A DNA stretch of 64,000 nt, from contig CAZDSH010000002.1 of assembly GCA_964508195.1 (NCBI GenBank), positions 10,994-74,993 of the forward strand, read 5' to 3'. The position numbers and the translations under genes were made by a program. Within the stretch, counting starts at the first letter, position 1. Each line of letters begins with the position of its first letter. Below the pieces are notes generated by a model. It did no database searches, was not told the origin of the DNA, and saw nothing but the letters and a program-made list of their open reading frames with translations. Of this stretch, positions 41,384 to 53,636 are shown in pieces. This DNA is from an uncultured Clostridiaceae bacterium. Lineage in GTDB: Bacteria > Bacillota > Clostridia > Ch29.

Positions 41384-42075
41384 TTGGATTCCCCCTTAAG
41401 AGCTTTCCCCCGGGCCAGGGCAAAATACTGCTGCACTATTTGAAACATATTGCTTAACACCCAGTAAAGGGATACCCCTGCGGGGAAACTAAAGCTGAAG
41501 TATCCAATCATAAGAGGCATTACGACATTCATCGTGCCTTGGGATGAAGCATCGGCACCCTTCGGTGCAACCATTTTTGATTGATAATAGGTGGTACCCG
41601 CCGCCAGTAGCGGCAGTATCCACATTACAGGGTTTCCCATGCTGGCTTTGAAGCTGGAGATCTCTGATAAATCCTTTATCCAAAGGAAGCTTTTATTAAC
41701 GGTTTCATAGATTTCTGGAGTGAAAACGTATAGCTCCGGCTGCCTTAAAACCTTAAACAATGCGAATAAAACCGGGAGCTGAAGCAACATGGGCAAACAT
41801 CCGCCGGCTAAGGGATTAATATTATGTTGCCTGTAAAGCTCCATCGTTTTTTCATTCAGCTTTTGTTTGTCGTTACCATATTTTTTTTGTAACGCCTTCA
41901 TCTTTGGGTTAAGCTCCTGCATCTGTTTCATTGACCTAGTCTGTTTAATGGTCAATGGTAACAATATAAGTTTTACCAGTATCGTAAATATTACTATGGA
42001 AAGGCCATAGCTGTTGGATATTTTATATATAGAAAATAATAATTTTCCTAACGATACTGCAATAGCGTTAAACAT
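41380..42075 (-). CDS. yidC: membrane protein insertase YidC/SpoIIIJ
   Basis: 231 aa; 5 TM Oxa1-like core. Confidence 0.9.
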   Translation of the reverse strand: MFNAIAVSLGKLLFSIYKISNSYGLSIVIFTILVKLILLPLTIKQTRSMKQMQELNPKMKALQKKYGNDKQKLNEKTMELYRQHNINPLAGGCLPMLLQLPVLFALFKVLRQPELYVFTPEIYETVNKSFLWIKDLSEISSFKASMGNPVMWILPLLAAGTTYYQSKMVAPKGADASSQGTMNVVMPLMIGYFSFSFPAGVSLYWVLSNMFQIVQQYFALARGKALKGESN

Positions 42076-42096
42076 TTTCCTCCCCCTAATCTGTGG

Positions 42097-42306
42097 TTAT
42101 TTTACGGGGTCATAGCCCCCCGGATGAAACGGATGACATTTCAATATCCTTTTACAGGCCATAATAATCCCCTTTGTTGCACCATATTTATCTATGGCGC
42201 AGATCGCATATTCTGAACAGGTCGGATAAAACCTGCACTTTCCTATACTCATAGGCGAGATAAATTTTCTATACAGTTTAATAATAAATATAATTATACC
42301 CCTCAT
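42097..42306 (-). CDS. yidD: membrane protein insertion efficiency factor YidD
   Basis: 69 aa; Cys-rich YidD signature ([11 protein letters not shown]). Confidence 0.9.
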   Translation of the reverse strand: MRGIIIFIIKLYRKFISPMSIGKCRFYPTCSEYAICAIDKYGATKGIIMACKRILKCHPFHPGGYDPVK

Positions 42307-42653
42307 CTTGTCATCTCTTTTTCAATAAGTTTATGCCTCGTCAATAAATCCAACATCCATCTTTCTATATCGTTATACTTTGCATCCTTTGCCCGGGGGC
42401 GAACTATAAGAATAATATCGTATCCCTTTTCCATCCTTTTTAAATTCTTCCTGTATACTTCCTTTATAAGCCTTTTTATCCTGTTCCGTAAAACACTTTT
42501 GCCGACCTTAACGCTGATACTTATACCGATTCTATTATAACCTTTATAGTTTGTTAATATATACATAACCAATAGGGGATTAGCCTTACTTTTACCCCTT
42601 TTGTAGATGGCGGAGAAATCTTTGCCCTTTTTAATTGATATTAATTTTGACAT
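42303..42653 (-). CDS. rnpA: ribonuclease P protein component
   Basis: 116 aa; basic RnpA fold motifs ([13 protein letters not shown]). Confidence 0.93.
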   Translation of the reverse strand: MSKLISIKKGKDFSAIYKRGKSKANPLLVMYILTNYKGYNRIGISISVKVGKSVLRNRIKRLIKEVYRKNLKRMEKGYDIILIVRPRAKDAKYNDIERWMLDLLTRHKLIEKEMTR

Positions 42654-42790
42654 AAGAACCTTTCTTTCATAATTGTTTTTACATTATATATGGTCCCGTT
42701 GTATACGTACTATTCTTTAATTATGATATACGGTATAATTACGGATCAATGTTTATGAAACAAGAGGTGGTTTATACAAAAAAATCTATA

Positions 42791-42817
42791 AAAAGGCCCC
42801 TCAGTAGCGGCCTTATG
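42791..42817 (-). terminator. hairpin overlapping rpmH stop (possible rpmH/rnpA attenuator-terminator)
   Basis: stem AAGGCC/GGCCTT with 9-nt loop, short T-run on minus strand. Confidence 0.35.
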
Positions 42818-42947
42818 CTGTCAATCTCTTCCTTCCTTTTCTTCTCCTATTCCTTATAATCCTTCTTCCTGCCCTGGTTTTCATACGTTGCCTAAACCCG
42901 TATTTCTTTTTACGTTTCCTTTTCTTAGGTTGGTATGTCATCTTCAT
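42813..42947 (-). CDS. rpmH: 50S ribosomal protein L34
   Basis: 44-aa ORF below the track cutoff, translated by hand: [44 protein letters not shown]. Confidence 0.93.
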   Translation of the reverse strand: MKMTYQPKKRKRKKKYGFRQRMKTRAGRRIIRNRRRKGRKRLTA

Positions 42948-43047
42948 TGGCTCCACCTCTCTTTCGCAACTATCTTTATAGGCCAAGTTCCTTAAATTAT
43001 ATATAGATTATAGCCTTATTGAATATTTGTGTCAAGAAAATGAAATT

Positions 43048-43307
43048 GTGGTTAAAAAAAAACAAACTTATTTTTTGTGGATATGTTGACAATAATCATT
43101 GATAACGCCGGAATAATTTGTTATCATAAAATAGCGTCTTTAAGTACCGGGGTAGAAAATCAAAACTATAGAATACCCCTTCACATACGGAAATACAAGG
43201 TTTTCAACCCTTTTCCCTATTATATAATAACGACTCTTACGCGGGGGTTATTAGCTGTCCATGGGTTAAAAGTTATACCCATAGGGTGTGGATATTTGTG
43301 TGGATAA
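43048..43307. promoter_or_regulatory. oriC upstream DnaA-box region / dnaA promoter (TGTGGTTAA, TGTGGATAT x2, TGTGGATAA perfect)
   Basis: DnaA 9-mers at 43048, 43076, 43287, 43299 (reverse orientation of TTATCCACA), TTGACA -35-like element at 43086. Confidence 0.75.
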
Positions 43308-43329
43308 ACTATTTTAAGGAGGCAATACT

Positions 43330-44673
43330 ATGCAAAATGACCTAGCATCCGCTTGGGAGGATACTATGCTTATTATAAAGGGTGAAGTACAGGAGGTAAG
43401 TTTTAACACATGGTTTAAGGTTATACAGTTAATCGAAATGACCGATGAAAAGATTGTACTTTGTTCGCCTAACGAATTTATGAAAAATATCCTGGAGACC
43501 CGTTATATAACGCTTATCTTTAATGCCCTGGAGCAAGTAACGTCCCGACAATACGATATAAAGATTATTCTTCCCGAGGAGATAGGCGCTGAAACCGCCG
43601 GAGCCGGCGGGCACAAATATAATAATGGCGAAAATGCCCTTAAATCGGATTTCGGTATACTGAACCCAAAATACACCTTCGATACCTTCGTAATAGGTAA
43701 CAGCAACCGATTCGCCCATGCAGCATCCTTGGCAGTATCCGAGGCCCCGGCTAAGTCCTATAATCCGTTATTTATATACGGCGGCGTCGGCCTTGGCAAA
43801 ACCCATTTAATGCATGCTATAGGCCATTATATAATCAGAAACAATCCAAAAACCCGGGTTTTATATACCACTTCGGAAAAGTTTACGAACGATCTCATTA
43901 ATTCTATAAGGGATGACAAAAATGTTGAATTTCGAAACCGGTATAGAACCGCCGATGTTTTACTCGTAGACGATATACAGTTCATAGCCGATAAGGAAAG
44001 AACCCAGGAGGAGTTTTTCCATACATTTAATTCCTTATATGAATCCAGCAAACAAATAATCATATCCAGTGATAGGCCACCGAAGGAGATACCTACGCTG
44101 GAAGACAGGCTCAGGTCTAGGTTTGAGTGGGGCCTTATATGTGATATCCAGCCACCGGACTTTGAAACGCGTATAGCTATACTTAAAAAGAAGGCAACGT
44201 TAGAAAATATTTCAACCCCCGATGAAGTACTCGTTTTCATTGCAAAAAGAATCGAATCGAATATAAGGGAGCTTGAAGGTGCCTTTATAAAGGTTGCCGC
44301 CTATTCATCCCTTACGAACAAAGAAATTAATATGGACCTTGCAAAGGAAGCCCTTAAGGACTTCTTTTCCAACGCTAAACCTAAACTGATAACGGTAGAT
44401 GCTATTAAGCGGGTCATATCTGAATATTATTCGATAAAGTTAGAGGATTTTAAATCGCGTAAGCGTACCCGTGCCGTGGCCTTCCCCAGACAGGTGGCTA
44501 TGTACTTAACAAGGGAGCTAACGGACCTTTCGTTGCCGAAAATAGGCGATGAGTTCGGCGGTAGGGACCACTCTACTGTGCTACATGCCTACGATAAAAT
44601 CACGACGGAGCTTAAAACTGACGAATCCCTTAAGATGGCCATAGAGGAAATACATAGGGAACTAAAAACCTAG
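43330..44673 (+). CDS. dnaA: chromosomal replication initiator protein DnaA
   Basis: 447 aa; AAA+ Walker [16 protein letters not shown], DnaA box-binding HTH ([22 protein letters not shown]). Confidence 0.97.
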   Translation: MQNDLASAWEDTMLIIKGEVQEVSFNTWFKVIQLIEMTDEKIVLCSPNEFMKNILETRYITLIFNALEQVTSRQYDIKIILPEEIGAETAGAGGHKYNNGENALKSDFGILNPKYTFDTFVIGNSNRFAHAASLAVSEAPAKSYNPLFIYGGVGLGKTHLMHAIGHYIIRNNPKTRVLYTTSEKFTNDLINSIRDDKNVEFRNRYRTADVLLVDDIQFIADKERTQEEFFHTFNSLYESSKQIIISSDRPPKEIPTLEDRLRSRFEWGLICDIQPPDFETRIAILKKKATLENISTPDEVLVFIAKRIESNIRELEGAFIKVAAYSSLTNKEINMDLAKEALKDFFSNAKPKLITVDAIKRVISEYYSIKLEDFKSRKRTRAVAFPRQVAMYLTRELTDLSLPKIGDEFGGRDHSTVLHAYDKITTELKTDESLKMAIEEIHRELKT

Positions 44674-44839
44674 GATCTATTTCTGGGCATAACCCGTTGA
44701 TAAGCAGTTAATAACTTGTTGACTAATTGGAAGGGATCCCCTTACAAAAAATGTAATGTGCACAGTGTGGAAAGGTATGCACTTGTTAGTAACAAATGAT
44801 TAACAGCTGTAAGCATTGATTCTGCTTTTGTTTATACCC

Positions 44840-44912
44840 TTTTCCACATATAAACACCCCCTACTACTATTACTACTATATATTTATATTTATATATATA
44901 GATATATAGTTT
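44840..44912 (+). promoter_or_regulatory. oriC dnaA-dnaN element: DnaA box (TTTTCCACA) - GC patch - DnaA-trio repeats (CTACTACTATTACTACTA) - AT-rich DUE
   Basis: Direct reading; arrangement matches the bacterial basal unwinding system described for B. subtilis. Confidence 0.7.
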
Positions 44913-44927
44913 TTGGAGGTTATACAC

Positions 44928-46031
44928 ATGAAACTCTTTTGTAGTAAAAATGATTTGCTAGAAGGAATATTTACTGTGCAAAAAGCGGTACCCACAAGGA
45001 CTACTCTTCCGATACTATATGGTATATTATTAGATTGTAGGGGAGAGACATTAACCCTAAGGGGTACAGATCTCAATATGGGTATAGAGTGCACAGTTAA
45101 TTCAAAAGTAACGGACAAAGGCTGGGTTGTATTGGATTCGAGGCTATTTGGCGAAATTGTAAGAAGGTTTCCGCCGGAGGACGTGGAGATCACCGTACTC
45201 GAGGACAGCAGTGTAGAGATAAAATGTGCGAACTCTTTCTTTCGGCTACAGGGTCATCCCGGCGACGAGTTTCCGCAGTTGCCCCAAATAAACGATGAAG
45301 ACGGACTAAAAATGCCGCAAAATATATTAAAGGATGCCATCAGACAGATAGTTTTTGCCTGCGCTATAGAAGAAACGAGGCCAATATTAACCGGAGCGTT
45401 GATGGAATGTAGCTTCGGGAGCATGGTTTTAGCCGCTCTGGACGGGTTCAGACTTGCAATAAAAACTTTAAACATTGAGGGTATCCACGGGGACATGTCA
45501 TCGGTTATACCCGCAAAAACCCTGAACGAAGTACAAAGGATACTCAACGATACACAAAGGGATGTTTATATTACGCCGGCGGGTAACCATATACTGTTTA
45601 CTATAGATGGGACGCGGGTTATCTCCAGGCTTTTAGAAGGGGAATTTATTGACTATAGGCAGATTATTCCCGAGGAGTACAATACTTCCCTAAGGCTTAA
45701 AAGGGAGAAGCTGTTAGAAAGTTGTGAAAGGGCTTCTTTAATGGCTAGGGAAGGGAAGAATAACCTCATTAAACTTAATATAACGGAAAAGCAGTTGGTG
45801 ATTACGTCAAATGCCGAGATTGGCAACGTACGTGAAGAAATACCTATAGAGGCTGAGGGTGCGGAGCTTGAGATCGCCTTTAATTCGAAGTACCTCATCG
45901 ATGTGTTAAGGATCATTGAGGATGAATATTTACGTATTGAATTCACGACTAATGTGAGCCCCTGCATAATAAAGGCCCGGGATAGTGAAGATTATATATA
46001 TTTGCTACTACCCGTAAGGACCATGTCTTAA
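44928..46031 (+). CDS. dnaN: DNA polymerase III beta sliding clamp
   Basis: MKLFCSKNDLLEGIFTVQKAV... three-domain clamp; ATG 44928 with GGAGG RBS (ORF track extends to TTG 44913). Confidence 0.95.
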   Translation: MKLFCSKNDLLEGIFTVQKAVPTRTTLPILYGILLDCRGETLTLRGTDLNMGIECTVNSKVTDKGWVVLDSRLFGEIVRRFPPEDVEITVLEDSSVEIKCANSFFRLQGHPGDEFPQLPQINDEDGLKMPQNILKDAIRQIVFACAIEETRPILTGALMECSFGSMVLAALDGFRLAIKTLNIEGIHGDMSSVIPAKTLNEVQRILNDTQRDVYITPAGNHILFTIDGTRVISRLLEGEFIDYRQIIPEEYNTSLRLKREKLLESCERASLMAREGKNNLIKLNITEKQLVITSNAEIGNVREEIPIEAEGAELEIAFNSKYLIDVLRIIEDEYLRIEFTTNVSPCIIKARDSEDYIYLLLPVRTMS

Positions 46032-46074
46032 AAATATACAACGGGCCTATGTTTATTTGATTGGGGTGGATGTA

Positions 46075-47178
46075 TTGTACCTAAAGGAACTTAAGCTTAT
46101 GAATTTTAGAAATTATAAGGAGCAGGTTCTTAACTTTGATCGCGGGTTCAATTTTCTAATAGGGAATAACGCCCAGGGTAAGACGAATCTCGTAGAAGCT
46201 ATATATATGCTTTCATCGGGCAAATCATACAGAACTTTAATGGACGGCGAACTATTGAGGTGGGGTGCCCAGACCCTTTATATAAAGGGTAAATTAGTAG
46301 TAGGGGACGAAGAGCGGTCTATAGAGATAGGCATCAGGGGGAAAAACAAAAGGATTAAGGTTAACGGCGTCCAGTTGGATAGAAGGGGCGAACTTTTCGG
46401 GAATCTTACGACGGTTATATTTTCCCCCGACGAGCTTAAACTAGTGAAGGAGGGTCCAAGCCATAGAAGAAGGTTTATGGATCGGGAAATAATCCAAATA
46501 AAGCCCGCATACTATTACGTTTTAGTAGATTATAATAAAGTTTTATCCCAAAGGAATGCGCTCCTTAAAAGTGCCTCGGCAAAGGATGCTAAAATCGATA
46601 CACTGGCCGTCTGGGATAAACAATTGATAGAATACGGTATCCGATTAATCCGGGATAGAAGATCGTTCATAAAAAAACTATCGGATATTGCAAGATCAAT
46701 ACACAGCAGGATCACCGACGGTAAAGAAAATCTTGAAATCGCCTACCGATCTTGCATCGGCGGAATAGAAGACGAAAATCCACGGCTTATCTATACAAAA
46801 AAATTACGGGATTTCCGTGAACGGGACCTCAAAACAGGGGCCACGAACTTCGGGCCCCATAGGGAGGATTTAAGTATCAGCATAAATGGTATTGATACTA
46901 GAAAATACGGTTCCCAGGGTCAGCAAAGAACGGCGGCTTTATCTATGAAACTTTCCGAGATAGAGCTCGTTAGAGGGGAGACGGGTAGATACCCTATACT
47001 GATTCTTGATGATGTAATGTCTGAGCTCGACCCTTTGAGACAAAGCTATATATTACAAAACTTAGATAATGTGCAAACCTTTATCACCTGTACCCATTCT
47101 ATGGGACCTATGAAGGAAAGGTATGATATGGGTAAGGTTTTTTATGTGATTAATGGTATAATAACTATGGGAGACTAA
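46075..47178 (+). CDS. recF: DNA replication and repair protein RecF
   Basis: MYLKELKLMNFRNY..., Walker A GNNAQGKTNLVEAI, signature/Walker B ILILDDV; start TTG 46075 chosen by homology. Confidence 0.9.
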   Translation: MYLKELKLMNFRNYKEQVLNFDRGFNFLIGNNAQGKTNLVEAIYMLSSGKSYRTLMDGELLRWGAQTLYIKGKLVVGDEERSIEIGIRGKNKRIKVNGVQLDRRGELFGNLTTVIFSPDELKLVKEGPSHRRRFMDREIIQIKPAYYYVLVDYNKVLSQRNALLKSASAKDAKIDTLAVWDKQLIEYGIRLIRDRRSFIKKLSDIARSIHSRITDGKENLEIAYRSCIGGIEDENPRLIYTKKLRDFRERDLKTGATNFGPHREDLSISINGIDTRKYGSQGQQRTAALSMKLSEIELVRGETGRYPILILDDVMSELDPLRQSYILQNLDNVQTFITCTHSMGPMKERYDMGKVFYVINGIITMGD

Positions 47179-47207
47179 AAAGTATCCATTTGTCGGGAGT
47201 GAAACAA

Positions 47208-47483
47208 ATGTTTCTGCATCTGGGTAAGGATGTTACTGTACCCATTAAAAATGTAATAGCAATAATAGATCTCCGTACAGTATCCGAGGCAGTGGATACG
47301 CGTAGGTTTATTGAAATAGCCAAAGAAGAAGGATTTATTAAGTATATAGGCGATGATAAGCCAAAGTCCATGATAGTATGTGAAAGGACATCGAACAAAC
47401 ATAATAAAGATATAACGAGTATAATTTACTTTTCCCCCATATCCTCATCTACGCTTCAAAGGAGAGCAGGTTCCATTGAATAA
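47208..47483 (+). CDS. DUF370 protein (YaaB/RemB-like) between recF and gyrB
   Basis: MFLHLGKDVTVPIKNVIAIIDL...; conserved position; ATG 47208 with GGGAGTG RBS. Confidence 0.75.
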   Translation: MFLHLGKDVTVPIKNVIAIIDLRTVSEAVDTRRFIEIAKEEGFIKYIGDDKPKSMIVCERTSNKHNKDITSIIYFSPISSSTLQRRAGSIE

Positions 47484-47533
47484 TACTTAATAATACCGGC
47501 TCTGGGGTTACCTGGAGTTTTTTTATGGGATAA

Positions 47534-49474
<1,941 letters not shown>

Positions 49475-49486
49475 GGGAGGGATAAA

Positions 49487-51916
49487 ATGACACAAACTAA
49501 CGAAAATATTATTACGGTAGATATACAACGCGAGATGAAAAAATCCTATATAGACTATGCCATGAGCGTTATAGTCAGCAGGGCTATACCCGACGTAAGG
49601 GATGGCCTAAAGCCGGTCCATCGGAGGATATTATATGCAATGAATGAACTGGGCCTCGCCCCGACTAAACCCCATAGGAAATCCGCACGGATAGTGGGGG
49701 ATGTCCTAGGTAAATATCATCCCCATGGCGATACTGCGGTTTACGATGCGATGGTAAGACTAGCCCAGGATTTTTCAACGAGGGTACCCCTTGTGGACGG
49801 TCACGGTAACTTTGGTTCCATTGACGGTGATAGTGCCGCTGCAATGCGTTATACCGAGGCTAGGATGGCTAGGATAACCTTAGAGATGTTAAGGGATATA
49901 AATAAGGATACCGTGGACTTTACGCCGAACTTCGACGAATCCATGGAAGAGCCCGAGGTGTTGCCCTCCAGATTTCCCAATATACTGGTCAATGGGACTA
50001 CGGGTATAGCCGTTGGTATGGCTACAAGCATTCCGCCCCATAATCTGGGCGAGGTGATTGACGGCGTCATAGAAATTATAGAAAACCCGGAAATTGAGAT
50101 AAAGGATCTGAACAAGATAATCAAAGGGCCGGATTTCCCTACCGGGGCTACAATAATGGGCAAAAGCTCAATAGCCGATGCCTATGCCACGGGTAGGGGA
50201 CGGGTTACCGTAAGGGCTAAGGCATCTATAGAGCCTATGACAAGTAACCGACATAGGATAATCATTACGGAAATACCCTACCAGGTCAATAAATCCAGGG
50301 TAATAGAGAGGGTTGCAGAGCTCGTCAGGGACAAAAAAATAGAGGGCATTTCTGATATAAGGGATGAAACGGACAGAAAGGGTCTTCGAATAGTAGTAGA
50401 ACTAAAAAGGGATGTAAATCCCCAGGTAGTCCTGAATCTGTTATATAAATACACGCAGCTCCAGGATACCTTCAGCATAATAATGATCGCCCTATTAGAC
50501 GGCCAGCCTAAGGTTTTAAACATAAAGGAGATATTAGAACATTACCTCGCCCACCAAAAAGATGTAATAAGGCGTAGAACGGTCTATGATCTAAATAGGG
50601 CCGAGGCACGGGCGCATATTTTAGAGGGGCTTAGGATAGCCCTAGACAACATAGACCGAATTATTGCGCTGATCAGGGGTTCAAAAACGGAGCAAAAGGC
50701 TAAAGACGGCCTTATAAGGGAGTTTGAACTTACAGAAAAGCAGGCCCAGGCTATACTCGATATGAGGCTTCGTAGGTTAACGGGGCTAGAGAGGGAAAAT
50801 ATAGATTTAGAGTACTCAGATCTCCAGGAAAAAATAAAATATTATAGGGATATCCTTGCAGATGAGCGACTTTTAGCCTCTGTAATTAAGGAGGAGCTCC
50901 TAGAGATAAAGGCTAAGTTTAACGATCCTAGAAGGACGGATATAATACGGGATGTCCATGAATTCAATATAGAGGATTTGATAGAAGAACAGGAAGTTGC
51001 GATAACCCTTACGCATTTCGGATATATCAAAAGGGTTCCTTCGGAGACCTACCGCAGTCAAAGGCGGGGCGGCCGGGGTATAACAGCGCTGACTACTAGA
51101 ACGGAGGACTTTGTTTCAGATATATTTATAACTTCAACGCATAATTATATACTGTTTTTCACGAACAAAGGCAGAGTATATCAACTTAAAGCCTACGAGA
51201 TACCCGAGGCCGGGCGCCAGGCGAGGGGAACCGCTGTAGTAAATCTTTTGCAGCTTTCCGGTGACGAAACTATTACCGCGGTTATTCCCGTAAAGGAGTT
51301 TAAAGAGGAGAAATTTATGCTCTTTTCAACTCGTAAGGGGATGGTCAAAAAAACGCTCCTGCGGGAATACGCTTCCCTAAGGAGGAACGGGATTCAGGCT
51401 ATTGCGCTTATAGATGACGATGAATTAATAGGCGTTAAATTAACTACCGGCGACGATCACGTGTTAATAGCCACTAAAAAGGGTTATTCTATTAGGTTCG
51501 ATGAAAGGGATATAAGGAGTATGGGCAGGTATACCCAAGGGGTGAGGGGTATAAACCTCGGGACCGACGATGAGGTTATCGGTATGGAGCTCGTTAGGGA
51601 GGATGCGTACTTATTATGCGTTACGACGGAGGGCTTCGGTAAAAGAACGAGGTTAGAGGAATACGGCCCCCAAAGGAGGGGTGGCAAAGGGTTAAAGACT
51701 TATAGAATAACGCGTAAAACCGGGAACATCGTGGGCATTAAAGTAGTCGACGATAGGAACGATATAATGCTTATAACTAAAAAGGGTATAGTTATAAGGA
51801 TCAATGTAAAGGAGATTTCGGTGATGGGTAGGATCACCCAGGGGGTTACTTTGATGAAGTTCGATGAAGATCAAAGGGTGGTGTCCATAGCCAAGATTGA
51901 AAATGATGAGCAATAA
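49487..51916 (+). CDS. gyrA: DNA gyrase subunit A
   Basis: 809 aa; active-site region [11 protein letters not shown]-terminal beta-pinwheel repeats. Confidence 0.97.
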   Translation: MTQTNENIITVDIQREMKKSYIDYAMSVIVSRAIPDVRDGLKPVHRRILYAMNELGLAPTKPHRKSARIVGDVLGKYHPHGDTAVYDAMVRLAQDFSTRVPLVDGHGNFGSIDGDSAAAMRYTEARMARITLEMLRDINKDTVDFTPNFDESMEEPEVLPSRFPNILVNGTTGIAVGMATSIPPHNLGEVIDGVIEIIENPEIEIKDLNKIIKGPDFPTGATIMGKSSIADAYATGRGRVTVRAKASIEPMTSNRHRIIITEIPYQVNKSRVIERVAELVRDKKIEGISDIRDETDRKGLRIVVELKRDVNPQVVLNLLYKYTQLQDTFSIIMIALLDGQPKVLNIKEILEHYLAHQKDVIRRRTVYDLNRAEARAHILEGLRIALDNIDRIIALIRGSKTEQKAKDGLIREFELTEKQAQAILDMRLRRLTGLERENIDLEYSDLQEKIKYYRDILADERLLASVIKEELLEIKAKFNDPRRTDIIRDVHEFNIEDLIEEQEVAITLTHFGYIKRVPSETYRSQRRGGRGITALTTRTEDFVSDIFITSTHNYILFFTNKGRVYQLKAYEIPEAGRQARGTAVVNLLQLSGDETITAVIPVKEFKEEKFMLFSTRKGMVKKTLLREYASLRRNGIQAIALIDDDELIGVKLTTGDDHVLIATKKGYSIRFDERDIRSMGRYTQGVRGINLGTDDEVIGMELVREDAYLLCVTTEGFGKRTRLEEYGPQRRGGKGLKTYRITRKTGNIVGIKVVDDRNDIMLITKKGIVIRINVKEISVMGRITQGVTLMKFDEDQRVVSIAKIENDEQ

Positions 51917-52043
51917 AGGACTTAGGACCTCTATTTTAGGGGCCCTAAATACGATGGGGCGGATAAAATAGATGCTATTACAGGAGGTTTTTGGTATCAG
52001 GCATAGCAGGTGTGTAAAAAAATAATGAGGGGGTATGTATGAA

Positions 52044-52358
52044 ATGGGCGGGCCGGTTCATTGTCGTAGTGACGATAAGGGCAAACGCAGTATGGTGCTT
52101 AAGGGCGAAATAGACATATATACTGCAGCGGAGTTCAAAAAACAGTTATACGATGTAATAGATAATGACTCGGGGGATCTGTATATCGATTGCAACGAAT
52201 TACAATACATGGACAGTACCGGGTTAGGAGTTTTGATCGGGGCACTAAAAAGGGCGAAGGAACAGGATAGGAATATATATCTTACTAACCTTAGACCTAA
52301 CATCCGTAAACTGTTTAGCATTACAGGCCTGGATAAAATATTTATTCTGGAGGTATGA
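52044..52358 (+). CDS. spoIIAA: anti-sigma factor antagonist (STAS; SpoIIAA-like)
   Basis: STAS motif YMDSTGLGVLIG with phosphorylatable Ser; start uncertain (52035 or 52044). Confidence 0.75.
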   Translation: MGGPVHCRSDDKGKRSMVLKGEIDIYTAAEFKKQLYDVIDNDSGDLYIDCNELQYMDSTGLGVLIGALKRAKEQDRNIYLTNLRPNIRKLFSITGLDKIFILEV

Positions 52359-52362
52359 TGTA

Positions 52363-52815
52363 ATGTCACTGGCTAGTAGTGAACAAAAACCAATAATAAG
52401 GGACGGTTACGACGATCAATTGATCTTGGTGCTGCCTAATAAACCCCAATACGTAAATGTGGCGAGGCTGGCAGTATCAGGAATAGCCAGCAGGATGGGG
52501 TTTGATGTGGATACCGTTGAAGATATTAAGCTCGCCTTAGCCGAGGCCTGTACTAATGCGATAAAGCACGGATGTTCTAAGGGGTGTTCTGAGTATAGGA
52601 TAGAATTTGGCGTCAGTCAAAGGTGCCTGACAATCAGCATCGCGGATCGTGGTTGTGGCATCGACAAGGGGGAAATATGCGCACCGGATTTGCAAAATCT
52701 CAGGGAGGGGGGGTTAGGCATATTTATTATAAATACCCTCATGGACCAGGTGGAGTTTGAGACTATACCAGGGGCGGGATTTATCATAACTATGAAAAAA
52801 TACCTGGAGGTATAA
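52363..52815 (+). CDS. spoIIAB: anti-sigma factor / serine kinase (SpoIIAB-like, GHKL)
   Basis: 150 aa; LALAEACTNAIKHG N-box, GGLGIFII G-box. Confidence 0.8.
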   Translation: MSLASSEQKPIIRDGYDDQLILVLPNKPQYVNVARLAVSGIASRMGFDVDTVEDIKLALAEACTNAIKHGCSKGCSEYRIEFGVSQRCLTISIADRGCGIDKGEICAPDLQNLREGGLGIFIINTLMDQVEFETIPGAGFIITMKKYLEV

Positions 52816-52817
52816 CC

Positions 52818-53603
52818 ATGGATAAGGGTAATAAAGACTGTGCTTCCATAGGCTGCCTAACCCAGATTGAAAAACGAGAACGAGATATGTTCATCCATTA
52901 TAGGGACAATAAAACCGCGGCTAATAGGAATCGCATTTTTGACGAATATTCGTACCTAGCGGAAGTCCTTGCAAAAAAATATTTAAATAGGGGCGTAGAC
53001 TACCAAGATCTCTTTCAAATAGCTTCCATCGGCCTTATAAATGCGATCGAAAGGTTTGACGTGGACCGTGGCTACCGGTTTACAAGTTTCGCTACTCCCA
53101 CAATAATCGGGGAGATTAAAAAGTATTTCAGGGACAAGGAATGGATGATCAGAGTACCGAGGCGGGTTCAAAAGTTGGCCGGCAGGATTAACGATGCAAA
53201 GGAAACCCTAGCCCAACAGTTAGGGAGGAATCCCCGCATCCCCGAGTTGGCGAAATATCTGCTGGTAAGCGAAGAAGAGCTTTTGGAGGCGATGGAGGCC
53301 GGAGGGGTGTATTCCCCGCAATCCCTCGATGTATCCTATAGCAATGATACGGATAGAGGCGTTTCCCTAGGCGATATAATAGGCACCCTTGATGCTAACA
53401 TGGAATGGGTGGAAAACCGGGATTTCATAAAAAGGGTTATAAACAAGTTGGATAAAAACGAATTTAAAGTGCTAAAGGATAGGTACTTTAGGGGTAGAAC
53501 ACAATCACAAATAGCGAAGGACCTTAGGGTTTCGCAGATGACTATCTCCCGTATGGAAAAAAGGATAATCGAAAAGTTCAGACAAGAGCTCACGAGGGTT
53601 TAA
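52818..53603 (+). CDS. sigF: group-3 sigma-70 family sigma factor (SigF-like; SigB not excluded)
   Basis: 261 aa; regions 2 and 4 (LFQIASIGLINAIERFD, QSQIAKDLRVSQMTISRMEKR); operon with STAS and GHKL kinase. Confidence 0.7.
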   Translation: MDKGNKDCASIGCLTQIEKRERDMFIHYRDNKTAANRNRIFDEYSYLAEVLAKKYLNRGVDYQDLFQIASIGLINAIERFDVDRGYRFTSFATPTIIGEIKKYFRDKEWMIRVPRRVQKLAGRINDAKETLAQQLGRNPRIPELAKYLLVSEEELLEAMEAGGVYSPQSLDVSYSNDTDRGVSLGDIIGTLDANMEWVENRDFIKRVINKLDKNEFKVLKDRYFRGRTQSQIAKDLRVSQMTISRMEKRIIEKFRQELTRV

Positions 53604-53636
53604 AGTGCGATACAAACATTTTTGTGGGGTGGCATA

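Noticed and set aside
51917-52034. Possible terminator after gyrA (TTAGGGGCCCTAA)
   Set aside because: The apparent palindrome cannot form a hairpin, because the stem arms abut with no loop, and no T-run follows.
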